Source: Kiritimatiellia bacterium (GTDB taxonomy: Bacteria; Verrucomicrobiota; Kiritimatiellia; RFP12; UBA1067). Taken from it: DNA of 64,000 bases. Made by a program: the position numbers and the translations under genes. Position 1 is the first letter of the stretch. Every line of letters starts with the position of its first letter. The stretch lies in the NCBI GenBank assembly GCA_050949565.1, contig JBMNFY010000007.1, forward strand, positions 128,001 to 192,000. Reading direction: 5' to 3'. The notes under the pieces are model-generated. The model saw only the letters and a list, made by a program, of their open reading frames with translations. It was not told the DNA's origin and did no database searches. Positions 39,099 to 49,269 of the stretch are shown one piece after another.

Positions 39099-40478
39099 AT
39101 GCGTTATGTAAGCACGCGCGGCGGTGGCGAACCGCTGACGTTCAAGCAAACCATAATGACGGGCCTCGCCCGTGACGGCGGTTTGTATTTGCCGGCGACG
39201 GTCCCAGATGTCCGTGATAGGCTATCAGGGTGGCGCGCACTGAGTTATCAGGATCTGGCGTTCGAGATCATTCGGCTTTTTGCCGACGACATTCCGGATG
39301 ATGTGTTGCGCGATATCGTGGCGCGTAGTTATGCGACGTTCCGGCACCCTGAGATCACGCCCGTGGTCAAGGTCGGGCCGGTCCACCTGCTCGAGCTGTT
39401 TCACGGGCCGACGCTCGCCTTTAAGGATGTGGCGCTGCAATTCCTTGGCAACCTGTTCGAGTATGTCTTGGGGGAGACCGGTGGGGAGATGAACATTGTC
39501 GCCGCGACGAGCGGCGATACCGGCAGCGCCGCGATTTACGGTATGCGTGGCCGCGAGCGTATCCGCATCTTTGTCATGCATCCGCACGGACGTGTGAGCC
39601 CGGTGCAGGAACGCCAGATGACCACTGTGTTGGATGACAACGTCTGCAATCTGGCCGTGGAGGGGACCTTTGACGACTGCCAGAACATCGTCAAGGACCT
39701 TTTTAACGATCTGCAGTTCCGCGATGCCTGCCGGTTGGGAGCGGTCAACTCGATCAACTGGGCCCGCGTGCTGGCGCAGATTGTCTACTATTTCTATGCC
39801 GCATTCCGTGTGCAAGATACCACTGGCGCAGCGCAAGTGCGTTTTAGCGTGCCGACCGGAAACTTTGGTGACATTTTCGCCGGCTATATGGCTCGCTGCA
39901 TGGGCTTGCCCATTGACCGACTGGTGCTGGCGACCAATGAGAACGACATCCTCTGGCGTTATTTCAATACCGGCGTTTACAGCATGGGAGAGGTCGTCCC
40001 GACACTCAGCCCATCGATGGACATCCAGGTTGCCAGCAATTTCGAGCGTTATCTCTATGACCTTGCGGGGAGAGATCCAGCCCGGCTGTCGCACTGGATG
40101 GCGACGTTCAAAGAGACGGGCACGCTGACGCCGGACGTCGCTCCGGACGCGTGTTTCAGTTCAGGTCGCGGCGACACCGAAATGACGCTAAAGGTCATTA
40201 AGGCGTACTGGGAAGCGTGCGGTTACCTGCTTGATCCCCACACGGCGGTTGGGGTAGGGGTGGGGCTGCGATATCTGCAGGAGGAGATCCCGCTGATCTG
40301 CCTAGCTACTGCGCATCCCGCGAAATTCGGCCAAGCGATTATACAAGCCACAGGTCTGGATCTAGCGCGCCACCCGCTGATCGACGCGCTTGCCGATATG
40401 CCGACGCGCGTGCGTGTGGTGCCGGCCAGCAAGGAGGCGGTCGCAGAGATCGTGCGCGCAACCATTGCGGAAGGCTGA
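39099..40478 (+). CDS. thrC: Threonine synthase
   Basis: MRYVSTRG, ELFHGPTLAFKD, ATSGDTG motifs. Confidence 0.97.
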   Translation: MRYVSTRGGGEPLTFKQTIMTGLARDGGLYLPATVPDVRDRLSGWRALSYQDLAFEIIRLFADDIPDDVLRDIVARSYATFRHPEITPVVKVGPVHLLELFHGPTLAFKDVALQFLGNLFEYVLGETGGEMNIVAATSGDTGSAAIYGMRGRERIRIFVMHPHGRVSPVQERQMTTVLDDNVCNLAVEGTFDDCQNIVKDLFNDLQFRDACRLGAVNSINWARVLAQIVYYFYAAFRVQDTTGAAQVRFSVPTGNFGDIFAGYMARCMGLPIDRLVLATNENDILWRYFNTGVYSMGEVVPTLSPSMDIQVASNFERYLYDLAGRDPARLSHWMATFKETGTLTPDVAPDACFSSGRGDTEMTLKVIKAYWEACGYLLDPHTAVGVGVGLRYLQEEIPLICLATAHPAKFGQAIIQATGLDLARHPLIDALADMPTRVRVVPASKEAVAEIVRATIAEG

Positions 40479-40485
40479 GCGCGCC

Positions 40486-40850
40486 ATGTTGGTTGATCCT
40501 GCGAGCTTCCGTTGCCGACAGTGCGGTGCCTGCTGCCGGGCACCGGGTTACGTCATCCTGCAACCCAGCGAACCTGAAGCCATTGCGGCATTTCTCAACC
40601 TCGATGTTTACGCATTTACCGAGGCATACACGCGCCTGACGTGGAACCGCCACGATCTTTCGCTCATCGAACGCGAAGACGGCGCGTGTATCTTCCTGCA
40701 ACCGGACAACACCTGTCGCATCCAAGCGGTCAAACCGAAGCAGTGCCGTGACTTTCCTTTCCTTTGGCGCACACCGACTTTGGTCGAGGTCTGCCCGGGT
40801 CTCCGTTCGGAGCACACCCGTCCACTATTTGACATAACATATATTATGCG
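40486..40850 (+). CDS. YkgJ-family Cys-cluster (Zn/Fe-chelating) protein; 3' end uncertain
   Basis: CRQCGACC...CIFL...CRI...KPKQCRDFPF; the ORF runs on to 41085 into the opposite gene, probably through an indel. Confidence 0.8.
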
Positions 40851-40870
40851 ACGTTATTGGCGAGCGGCTT

Positions 40871-41914
40871 TCAGCCCTCAACTTGCACTGTTCTACCGGT
40901 CCGAGCTGATTCGTAAATCGCGAGAATTGTCGCCACGGAACGCCGCGCAGACACACCATCGATACGGAACGGCGTACGCGTCTCCACCGCCTGCACGAAA
41001 TCACGGAAACAAGCGGCATGCAGGTCGTCCGTCATTGCCGCGGTTGGATCAGCGGCACCACAGGCCGGTGCAACACCGGTGCTGACGATCCGCTGATCGT
41101 CTGGACGCGGTTCGGCAAAATCGAAGACCGTTAACCGGTCATCCAGAAATACGGCCGTTCCGCGCGTGCCTGAAATCTCGAGACGCTTTGGATAACCCGG
41201 CCAGGTTGCAGTGCTGCCATGGATGATCCCCAACGCGCCGCCTTTGAAGCGTAACGCCGCACAAGCTACATCCTCCACCTCCAGCCCAGTGTGACCGATC
41301 GCGGCCGTCATGCCGCAGACTTCCTCGATTGGCGGCAGAAGGTCGCATAATATGTCAATCATGTGGATGCCTTGGTTCATCAAAGCACCTCCCCCATCCA
41401 ATGCCTGCGTTCCGTGCCAAGCGGAATCGTGGTAATAGGCATCGGCTCGCCACCATGGAATATAGACGCCCGCTGACGTAATCCTGCCAAAACGTCCTTC
41501 ACGCAACGCCGCCCGTAGCGGTTCTAGCGCGGGCGTGTAGCGGATTTGGAAGGTGCAGCCCAAAGCCGTGCCCGCCTCTCGGTGCGCGGCGATCATCGCG
41601 TCGACTCGCTCCAATGTCACCTCCAGGGGCTTTTCGCACAAGACATGCTTGCCGGCGCGCGCGGCGGCGACCGCGGCTTCACAGTGAGCGCCGGACGGCG
41701 TGGCGATCAGCAGGATATCCACTTCAGGCAAGGCCAACATCGCTGTCAGATCCGCATAAGCGGCACACCCGAACTCAGCCGCGAATGCTTCAGCACGCGA
41801 CAGTTGCCTGCTGCAAACTGCCACCAGTCGCGCACCGATGGCCTGGACGGCGCGCGCATGCACGCGCGCGATCATCCCTGTCCCTGCAATCGCAAAACCG
41901 ATCTTTCGTCCCAT
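40871..41914 (-). CDS. Gfo/Idh/MocA family oxidoreductase
   Basis: GTGMIA, GKHVLCEKP, GGGALMNQGIH motifs. Confidence 0.92.
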   Translation of the reverse strand: MGRKIGFAIAGTGMIARVHARAVQAIGARLVAVCSRQLSRAEAFAAEFGCAAYADLTAMLALPEVDILLIATPSGAHCEAAVAAARAGKHVLCEKPLEVTLERVDAMIAAHREAGTALGCTFQIRYTPALEPLRAALREGRFGRITSAGVYIPWWRADAYYHDSAWHGTQALDGGGALMNQGIHMIDILCDLLPPIEEVCGMTAAIGHTGLEVEDVACAALRFKGGALGIIHGSTATWPGYPKRLEISGTRGTAVFLDDRLTVFDFAEPRPDDQRIVSTGVAPACGAADPTAAMTDDLHAACFRDFVQAVETRTPFRIDGVSARRSVATILAIYESARTGRTVQVEG

Positions 41915-42111
41915 CGCTCCCCCCACCTTCTCGTTTCTTGCGTGCGCCCACTGCGCATAACATGTGGACACTTTACCTATGATCCGTTCCATCGTCAAAT
42001 CAATCACTGTTTAATCTCCACTCTTTGCTGCTTGACCCCCTACCCGTTGAAGCGTACCATACGGGTTGTTTGAAGCTTTACTTTAATCAAACTGTGGAGG
42101 AAGAGTCGGAT

Positions 42112-42840
42112 ATGAAGAACGTGAAGAAATTGTTTGTGCTCACTTTAGCCGCGGCTGGATTCGTCGGCTGTTCAACAACCACCACCTGTCCGGATACGGA
42201 CGGCAAAAAAGCGGATGTGCGTCCTACCCCGGCGGCAGTCGTGTCGCGGCCGGCCTACAGCACGCTGGGCCTGGAACAGAAGATTCAACGGATTACCGAG
42301 GAGCTGCGGGTAATCGGTGTCGCGATGCAAAAGTACTCCTGGGATCACGAAGGCAAGTTCCCGCCCCGCCTTTCTCACCTCGTAACGAAGGGCTACCTGC
42401 CGGCCAGCGCTCTTGTGTCCAGTGCCGACCCGACAGGCGGCAAGGAGGGCGGCGTGCCGGACGCTTACAGCGAGTGGGGGCAGGCCAAAGAGACCGACGA
42501 GCCGGGGTGCAGTTATCTGTACGAGTTTAGCGAAGCCGTTTGTGAATGGGATTGGAAAAGCTATCTGGGCGGCAAACCGAGCCTGTCGGATATCGACACC
42601 AACCGCGACGGTAAGGTTACTTGGGCGGAGGCAAAGAGCTGGCAGCTTGCGCATGGCGACACCACCCAGCAGCCGTCCAACCGTGCCTACTCCAAGAACC
42701 GTTTCCCGATCGTGCGCTGCTATTGGCTCGACTACCCCAACGCCGGTGCCAACCCGGAAAGCCGCTGCACCGTCAACCTGTCAGTCGATCTCCAGACTGT
42801 TTTCGTGTCGAAACCCTGGTGGGAAAAAGACACGCCTTAA
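42112..42840 (+). CDS. Hypothetical lipoprotein with EF-hand-like DTNRDG motif
   Basis: MKNVKKLFVLTLAAAGFVG|C lipobox; GGAGG RBS. Confidence 0.75.
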   Translation: MKNVKKLFVLTLAAAGFVGCSTTTTCPDTDGKKADVRPTPAAVVSRPAYSTLGLEQKIQRITEELRVIGVAMQKYSWDHEGKFPPRLSHLVTKGYLPASALVSSADPTGGKEGGVPDAYSEWGQAKETDEPGCSYLYEFSEAVCEWDWKSYLGGKPSLSDIDTNRDGKVTWAEAKSWQLAHGDTTQQPSNRAYSKNRFPIVRCYWLDYPNAGANPESRCTVNLSVDLQTVFVSKPWWEKDTP

Positions 42841-42847
42841 GGTCACA

Positions 42848-43603
42848 TCACGGATAGTTCTGCCCGGTCGGCCGGATCATGATCTCGCTGACATGGACGT
42901 GCGGCGGTTGCGCCAGCAACCACGACACGCTGTTGGCGATATCCTGCGGCTCCAGCACCCTGCCGTAGGTTTCCACGGTCTTGCCAAAGTTTTCGCGCGT
43001 GTACCCCGCCACCTGCTGGAAACCGCTCTCCACAATACCCGGCATCACAGTCGTGACACGCACGCCGCTTGCGCACACCTCGCGGCGCAGCGCCTCGGCA
43101 AGCGCAGAGGCGGCGAATTTGCTTGAGCCATAAAAACCGCTGAACGGCGAGACGTTACGTCCCGCTACGGAACTGAGCACCACGATGTCGCCGCTCCCTT
43201 GTTGTGACAAATACCGACCGGTCTGCCGCAACAGATGCGCCGTTCCCAACACGTTCGTCTGATACAGCTCCTGCCACTGGGAGTTATCACTAGTGGTTAT
43301 ACCGCCCGCCAGCCCGCGCCCTGCATTGGCGATTACAATTGAATACGCGCTGCCGCCCTCCTGCCAAGCCAACACCGCCTCCAGCAGCGCATCGATCGCC
43401 GATGCCTGCCCGGCGTCGCCCGCGACAATCAGGGCACGTCCCCCACCCTGCCGGATCTCATCGGCCACCTCCCGCAAGAGCGCTTCGCGTCGCGCGTGAA
43501 GCGCGACCGCCGCCCCTTGGCGGGCCAATGTCAGTGCAATAGCCCGTCCGATACCTGAACTTGCCCCGGTTACAATCGCCGTCTTTCCTTGAAATGGTTT
43601 CAT
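42848..43603 (-). CDS. SDR family oxidoreductase
   Basis: TGASSGIG, NAG, YGSSK motifs. Confidence 0.93.
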   Translation of the reverse strand: MKPFQGKTAIVTGASSGIGRAIALTLARQGAAVALHARREALLREVADEIRQGGGRALIVAGDAGQASAIDALLEAVLAWQEGGSAYSIVIANAGRGLAGGITTSDNSQWQELYQTNVLGTAHLLRQTGRYLSQQGSGDIVVLSSVAGRNVSPFSGFYGSSKFAASALAEALRREVCASGVRVTTVMPGIVESGFQQVAGYTRENFGKTVETYGRVLEPQDIANSVSWLLAQPPHVHVSEIMIRPTGQNYP

Positions 43604-43708
43604 CTGTGCTCCTTATCACGCCGCGCCACAACGCGCGGGGCGGGTTATCATTTAGACTTGCGTTCAGGGTAGCACCCTCCCCTTCTCGACGACAAGCCTA
43701 AAGCGCCC

Positions 43709-44671
43709 TCAGCCCAGCGCCACAGTCAACCAGAGCGGGATCGTGACAAGACAGAGCACGTGCGTTGCTAGAACCGCTGCTGCGGAAAACTCAGCATCGC
43801 AATCAAACGCTTCGGCCATCGTCACACTGGCCATGGCTGCCGGCTGCACCGCTATCAGGATCAACACGCGTCGCACTTCAGACGACATCGGCACGACCAG
43901 CAATCCGGCTATACATAAGGCTGGAATAACTGCCAGCCGCAAAAGGCAGGTGCCGGCCATCAGCGGCGACAGGATGCGGCCGGGGTGCAGCATTGCAATA
44001 CGGGCACCACAGATCAAGGCCGATGTCGGAATTGTCGCACTGCCCATCATCTGGCAGGTGTCGAGTATCGTTTCGAATAAGGAGTGACAGATCGTGCCGT
44101 CTTGCGGTAGCAGAACGCACGCCGTCAATTGCGAGCGCAGCACGAGAATGATGATCGACGCCAGCAACGCCAGCATCGGCACGCTGACCAGATTACGCAG
44201 GAAGCGCCGATCCAGCTTCTGGCCGGTCAGTGCTTTGACGCCCAATGTCCAGACGCACAGCTCGGCACCCAGACTGGAAAAGATCACCAGTGCCACCGCC
44301 ATCTCACCCCACAACGACGCCGCGATCAAAATCGGCAGAAAGGAGTAGTTATTCGCCATGCAGATGAAGTGATAGCACCGTCGCGTGCCCTCCGTATGAT
44401 GGCGAAGCAACGGCAGCGTGACACGTCCAATCAGCCAGCCCGTCACAAAGATGAATGCCGCGCCAGCCGGTATCATCCAGTTTTGAAGCAACGAATCCCA
44501 TGTGAAAGACCGTACGATGGAACTGACGATCAAGCACGGATAAAACACGTTCACCAGCACCAGTGACAGTTGACGGTTGAATGCCGCGTCAATCACTCGG
44601 TGCTTGCTGAGCATGTAGCCCGCCAGCGTCATCAACACCAGCGGGAGCATCTTGATGAAAAGGGTCAGCAT
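43709..44671 (-). CDS. AEC (auxin efflux carrier) family transporter
   Basis: About 10 TM helices; NNYSFLP and QPAAMAS motifs. Confidence 0.85.
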   Translation of the reverse strand: MLTLFIKMLPLVLMTLAGYMLSKHRVIDAAFNRQLSLVLVNVFYPCLIVSSIVRSFTWDSLLQNWMIPAGAAFIFVTGWLIGRVTLPLLRHHTEGTRRCYHFICMANNYSFLPILIAASLWGEMAVALVIFSSLGAELCVWTLGVKALTGQKLDRRFLRNLVSVPMLALLASIIILVLRSQLTACVLLPQDGTICHSLFETILDTCQMMGSATIPTSALICGARIAMLHPGRILSPLMAGTCLLRLAVIPALCIAGLLVVPMSSEVRRVLILIAVQPAAMASVTMAEAFDCDAEFSAAAVLATHVLCLVTIPLWLTVALG

Positions 44672-44685
44672 AATCGTTGGCGGCT

Positions 44686-44750
44686 CCTGCTTGCAGGTGT
44701 GGGCACGGGCATCTTGCCCGTGTTTCATGGGCGGGACGCCCATGTCACGA
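44686..44750 (-). repeat. REP-like palindromic element, copy 2
   Basis: Reverse complement of the 32936 element, between hydG and the AEC gene. Confidence 0.85.
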
Positions 44751-44770
44751 TGGAAGCAAGAACCGCGTTA

Positions 44771-46321
44771 TTAGAAAAAGAGATCTCGTTCGCCATTGCA
44801 GATACGATCATAATGCGCTTTGACCGTCGGATAGAATTTGGGCAGCGTCGCTTCAATCGCCGCCAGTTCCCGTTCCAGAAGCGGCTCGCAAAGCGCACGT
44901 GTCGCATCACTGGCGAAATCGTCCAGCCACTCGCGGAAAGTCAGCACCGCATTGATCTTGCAAAACTTGCCCTCTTTGCCGGTTTTGAGCGCGTCCATGA
45001 TGCAACCGCCAGTACGGCCGCAGCGGTACCCTGCCGTGCAGAATGAGGTGATGATCCCCTCCCCCGCCAGATGCGCAATCAACTCTTCCAACGTGCGTGT
45101 GTCGGAAAGCACAAATTGCTGACGGTCTTTTTCCTGATACGTCTCGCTTGCGAAATCACTGTAACCTTTGATCGCGATATTGCTGCTCGCGTCCATCTGC
45201 GTGACGCCGCAGCGCACAAAGGCGTTGCGCGACTCCGGTCGCTCGCGGCAGGTCACGATCATGCCGGTATACGGCACGGAGAGCCGTGTGATGACCAAGA
45301 TACGGTGGAAGGTGTCGTCATCCACCAGATACGGCGAAGTGGTCGGCAAGTCGGTTCCACTGGCCGGTTCTAGGCGCGGGAACGAGATCGTGTGCGGCCC
45401 GATGCCGAACTGGCGTTCCAAATCGCGCGCGTGGTAGAGCGAGGCCATCAGCTCGAACTTCCAGTCATAGAGCCCGTACAGCACCCCCATGCCCACGTCA
45501 TCGACGCCCGCCTCCAGGCAACGGTGGAAACAGGTCGTGCGCCAATCGTAATCGCCTTTCACCGTGCCGGCCGGATGCAACCGCGCATAGGTTTCACGGT
45601 GGTAAGTCTCCTGGAAAACCTGGAAGGTGCCGATCCCGACCTGCTTGAGCACACGCAGGTCTTCGACCGGTAGCGGCGCCGCGTTGACATTCACGCGGCG
45701 GATGCCGACCGGCGTGCCTTTCGGCGATTTGACCGGATGGTTGTAGATGGTACGGATGGTCTCCGCAAAATAATCGGTCGACGTATCCGGATGTTCACCG
45801 TAAACCGCGATCAGCCGCTTATGACCGATCTTGCCGGCCAGCACGTCGATTTCCTGACGCACCTCATCCATGTCGAGCACGCGACGTTTTTGATCTTCGT
45901 TGCCACAACGGAATCCACAGTACGTGCAGCGGTTGACGCACAGGTTGCTCATGTAGAGCGGTGCGAACATCACGATCCGGTTGTCATACACCGCGAGCTT
46001 GACTGCCAGCGCCGTCTCCTCCATCTCTTGCAGCAGGTCAGGATCGGTCACATGAATCAAAGTGGCGGTTTCCTCCGGCAGCAACGTCTCGATGGCACGG
46101 GACTTGGCGAGGATTTCACGCACGCGCACCGCGTCATTTGCGGGCTGATCGGCCGCCGCCGACAGGTTGCGCATGATTTTTGCGTCATCAATAAAATGTT
46201 TGCCGCCCGGCAGATATTTGTCGATTTGTTCGCGGATCACGAAACGCTTGCGATAATCGGCGGCATTGGTGAAGTGACGGATGCCCGGACTGGGTGTTGT
46301 GGCTGTAGCTGTTGTTGACAT
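44771..46321 (-). CDS. hydG: [FeFe]-hydrogenase maturase HydG (radical SAM)
   Basis: RIVMFAPLY, CVNRCTYC, VFQETYH, GPHTISFPR, C-terminal SFCTAGYRC...FC and GERDLFF. Confidence 0.9.
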   Translation of the reverse strand: MSTTATATTPSPGIRHFTNAADYRKRFVIREQIDKYLPGGKHFIDDAKIMRNLSAAADQPANDAVRVREILAKSRAIETLLPEETATLIHVTDPDLLQEMEETALAVKLAVYDNRIVMFAPLYMSNLCVNRCTYCGFRCGNEDQKRRVLDMDEVRQEIDVLAGKIGHKRLIAVYGEHPDTSTDYFAETIRTIYNHPVKSPKGTPVGIRRVNVNAAPLPVEDLRVLKQVGIGTFQVFQETYHRETYARLHPAGTVKGDYDWRTTCFHRCLEAGVDDVGMGVLYGLYDWKFELMASLYHARDLERQFGIGPHTISFPRLEPASGTDLPTTSPYLVDDDTFHRILVITRLSVPYTGMIVTCRERPESRNAFVRCGVTQMDASSNIAIKGYSDFASETYQEKDRQQFVLSDTRTLEELIAHLAGEGIITSFCTAGYRCGRTGGCIMDALKTGKEGKFCKINAVLTFREWLDDFASDATRALCEPLLERELAAIEATLPKFYPTVKAHYDRICNGERDLFF

Positions 46322-46729
46322 GGCACGCTCCTCGTTATGTGCGGCGGTAAGCGTGCGAAGCTGTCGTCCATACGCTTACGCGAACAACGGCCCACAGGCA
46401 CTCTCGTCCATCCTTGGGTCAGAGCCTCGCTCCTCCACCGCAGAAAGAAAACGGCGTGAATATACGTGATTCGCGTTGCTGTTTCAAGTGCTTTGCATAA
46501 TTTTTTCATTTTGTCCTTGCCTATAAGAACAGAATGCCATTATTATACCCCTATAACTGGTTTTCGGTTTTCTTCGGGGTCCCTCGCCTTTTGCGTAACG
46601 CAGGTGATGCATACGGCGAGGTTCCGGGGCATGATGACATGCCCGTTGCAGCAGAACGGGCCATGGGTTTTGGTGCAACCGGCGCAAACAACAACATGGC
46701 TGGACAGTGGAAACACAAGGAACGCAGGC

Positions 46730-47032
46730 ATGGACATCTATGTTGGCAACCTTCCGTACTCAACGACAGACGACGACCTGAGAGGTCTTTTCGCGGCACA
46801 TGGTGAGGTTGCCTCGGCGCGTGTCGTTATCGACCGGATGACGGGCCGGTCGAAAGGGTTTGGGTTCGTCGAAATGGCGGACCGGGCTCAAGCTCAACAA
46901 GCGATCGACGCGCTGAACGGTTACGAGGTCGAGGGGCGCAAGCTGCGCGTCAACGAATCGCAGCCGAGGCCGCCACGCGAAGACCGTGGCGGCGGATTTC
47001 GCGGACGCGACCGCGGTGGTAGCCGCTGGTAG
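46730..47032 (+). CDS. RRM (RNP-1) RNA-binding protein
   Basis: IYVGNL and KGFGFVEM motifs; Gly/Arg-rich tail. Confidence 0.95.
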   Translation: MDIYVGNLPYSTTDDDLRGLFAAHGEVASARVVIDRMTGRSKGFGFVEMADRAQAQQAIDALNGYEVEGRKLRVNESQPRPPREDRGGGFRGRDRGGSRW

Positions 47033-47056
47033 TTCAGCAAACGAAACTATCGCTCT

Positions 47057-47090
47057 AAGGCGGCACCTCTGCGGAAGAAGCCGCCTTTTT
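47057..47090 (+). terminator. Probable intrinsic terminator
   Basis: AAGGCGGC...GCCGCCTTTTT between convergent genes. Confidence 0.55.
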
Positions 47091-49149
47091 ACTGTTGCGG
47101 CGGCGGATAGGCCAGAAAGAGTGCCCGGCACATTTCGCAGGTCACGTCGGTCTGCAGGAGCGTGCCGTATGATTCTGGATATATGGCAGTCAGTTCAATG
47201 AGCAGCCCGAAGCGTCCGCGTGCACCTGTATTTTGCAGCGTTGGGCGTGGGCTGTCGGAATAGACACGCTCCAAAAGGTAACACGAGGCAAACGTTTCGT
47301 CGTTCTGCCGCAGCAGATGCCGTCCGCGTAGTCGCTCATTGGTGATCCGTTGCAATTCCCATGCCTTCAGTTCATTGTCGGGATGTGCGCTAAAGGCATG
47401 GAATGCCAATTTGTTGTCGTTGGCCCCCGAATTGCCGTGGAAGTCGAGCAGGCAGAAAAGCGCGGGGTCGCTCACGATCTTTCGGTACACGCGCGCCTCG
47501 GGTTCACTGAACGGCGCCGTTCCCTTCCAGTCAAAATCATTCGGCCCGTACACGCCGTCTTTGTTGCTGTCGCGTCCCGAGAACCGCTCCCACTCGAAGT
47601 CGCCTTGCCGGTTGAGATCCACACCCCGCGCGTTGTGACGCCGCATTTTCTCGTACCCGTATGGGTTCAGCAACGGTAGGATTTTGATCCGCACGCGTTC
47701 CAAATCCACCACGTCGCGAAGTCGGCCTTCCGCCAGTCGCCGCGCAAAAGTGATCAGCCCATAGCCCGGCTCCCACTCGGCACCATGCGCAGCCGCATAG
47801 AGGAAGTAGAGAGGCGCATCGGGTTTTCCCAGATTCAAGCTCCAGATCCGGTTTCCGTCTGAGGCCTCCCCTTCTTCCTCAAGGCGGATCACATTGGGAT
47901 AGGCCTGCGCCAGCCGCCGCATCTCCTCGACCACGCCCTCGTAACTCAAGCGCTTCTCATAATACTCCCCAAAGCGGACCGGATTGCCTAACGCACCGCT
48001 CACGGGGGTAAAGGCGTAGTAGGCATCCACATGCCGGCAGTACGGCTCGCGCAATGAAAGCAGATCGCAAGCGGTGATCGCGCCCTTTCCGACCGGCTGC
48101 CTGACTAATCCCGGCTCGCCGCCCGGCGCCACCGCCAGCACTTCGATCCCCGGCCATGCGCTGCTTTCCGACGGCAGAACGGCCAGCTTGCCGTCCGGCC
48201 ATCCCGCGCGCGGCATGATCTGTCCGAGGCGGAAACCGGCCGTCGCATCTCCCTCTTTGACGACGCGCAAACCAGCCGCCATGCGCGCCTGCCAGGACAA
48301 ACCGGCGGCGACACCCCCTACTTCGGCCATCCGGGCCTCTACACCCCGACTCCGGGCAAACGCCCGCATGTCCATGAATACCCGGCCGCCAGCTTGGGCG
48401 AATCGGTTGAGTTCAGGCACGAGCGCCGGCGGCAGGTTACCCTGATAGAGCACCAGAGCCCCGGCGGCGTTCGACAGCGCGGCAGCCGGATCTTTCGTGT
48501 TTAGGATTAGCCCCTCTTCAAACAGGACGCGCGCGCGTTGGATCACGACATTCGTTGCCGACAAATCCGTGAACAGTGCGATTCGCGGCGGCGGCACTCG
48601 CGGCACCGGTGCTCGCTTGACGGTCAGCGCCACATCATCAAACATCACACGGCCCGCGCCGTTACGCGTCTGCAGATAGACCATGACGTAGGTTGTTCGA
48701 TCCGGAATCTGAGTCCGCAATCTGACTTGTGTCCAGTCACATGCACCGAAAATCGGTCGTGATGTCGGCTGCGATAGTATCCCATCCTCGGTGTCCATGC
48801 AGTAGAGCTGAAGGGTCGTCACGGCGTTAGTATCTAACTCCGACCGGATCCACGCCGCAAGTTCTACGAGGCTACCGGCCTCAACAGAGATCGACCGGTC
48901 ATGCCCTTGGCGCAGGCGCGTATAGGCGGGAACCGCATTTTCCAACACGGCCCCCGCCCCGCTGCGTCCCCCCTCCCCTACCCGATACAACTTGCGCGCT
49001 GCATCTTCAGGCGTGCGTTTTTGCCAGACTGGCTCCAACGCCTCTTCAAACCCGGGGTTCCGCAACAGGTTGCCAGCCAGCGCAACCGATGCAAAACCTG
49101 CCAGCAACCACGCACACATCTCCCTCGCCCATCTGCAAGCCACGATCAT
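47089..49149 (-). CDS. Secreted protein: CBM-like N-terminal domain plus M14 zinc carboxypeptidase-like domain
   Basis: NLLRNPGFE...FDDV (CBM4/9-like), HGAE, NPYG, RHNARGVDLNR, FSEPE, DFH motifs. Confidence 0.8.
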   Translation of the reverse strand: MIVACRWAREMCAWLLAGFASVALAGNLLRNPGFEEALEPVWQKRTPEDAARKLYRVGEGGRSGAGAVLENAVPAYTRLRQGHDRSISVEAGSLVELAAWIRSELDTNAVTTLQLYCMDTEDGILSQPTSRPIFGACDWTQVRLRTQIPDRTTYVMVYLQTRNGAGRVMFDDVALTVKRAPVPRVPPPRIALFTDLSATNVVIQRARVLFEEGLILNTKDPAAALSNAAGALVLYQGNLPPALVPELNRFAQAGGRVFMDMRAFARSRGVEARMAEVGGVAAGLSWQARMAAGLRVVKEGDATAGFRLGQIMPRAGWPDGKLAVLPSESSAWPGIEVLAVAPGGEPGLVRQPVGKGAITACDLLSLREPYCRHVDAYYAFTPVSGALGNPVRFGEYYEKRLSYEGVVEEMRRLAQAYPNVIRLEEEGEASDGNRIWSLNLGKPDAPLYFLYAAAHGAEWEPGYGLITFARRLAEGRLRDVVDLERVRIKILPLLNPYGYEKMRRHNARGVDLNRQGDFEWERFSGRDSNKDGVYGPNDFDWKGTAPFSEPEARVYRKIVSDPALFCLLDFHGNSGANDNKLAFHAFSAHPDNELKAWELQRITNERLRGRHLLRQNDETFASCYLLERVYSDSPRPTLQNTGARGRFGLLIELTAIYPESYGTLLQTDVTCEMCRALFLAYPPPQQ

Positions 49150-49269
49150 GAGTATCCTCTCCTTACACGCGCTATAACTCACCCAGCACGAGTATTATGA
49201 CACTCAGGAATACGTTGTTCAAGCTCTAGCCCTAGGCGCGTTCGGATACACGTGCTTCGATCGAACGAA

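Noticed and set aside
40850-41085. Genuine long overlap between the YkgJ-family gene and the opposite oxidoreductase
   Set aside because: Family similarity ends near 40800; the run-on is most simply an indel or lost stop
44771-46321. Call as thiH
   Set aside because: The C-terminal Cys-containing extension and GPHTIS motif fit HydG, and no thiamine genes are adjacent
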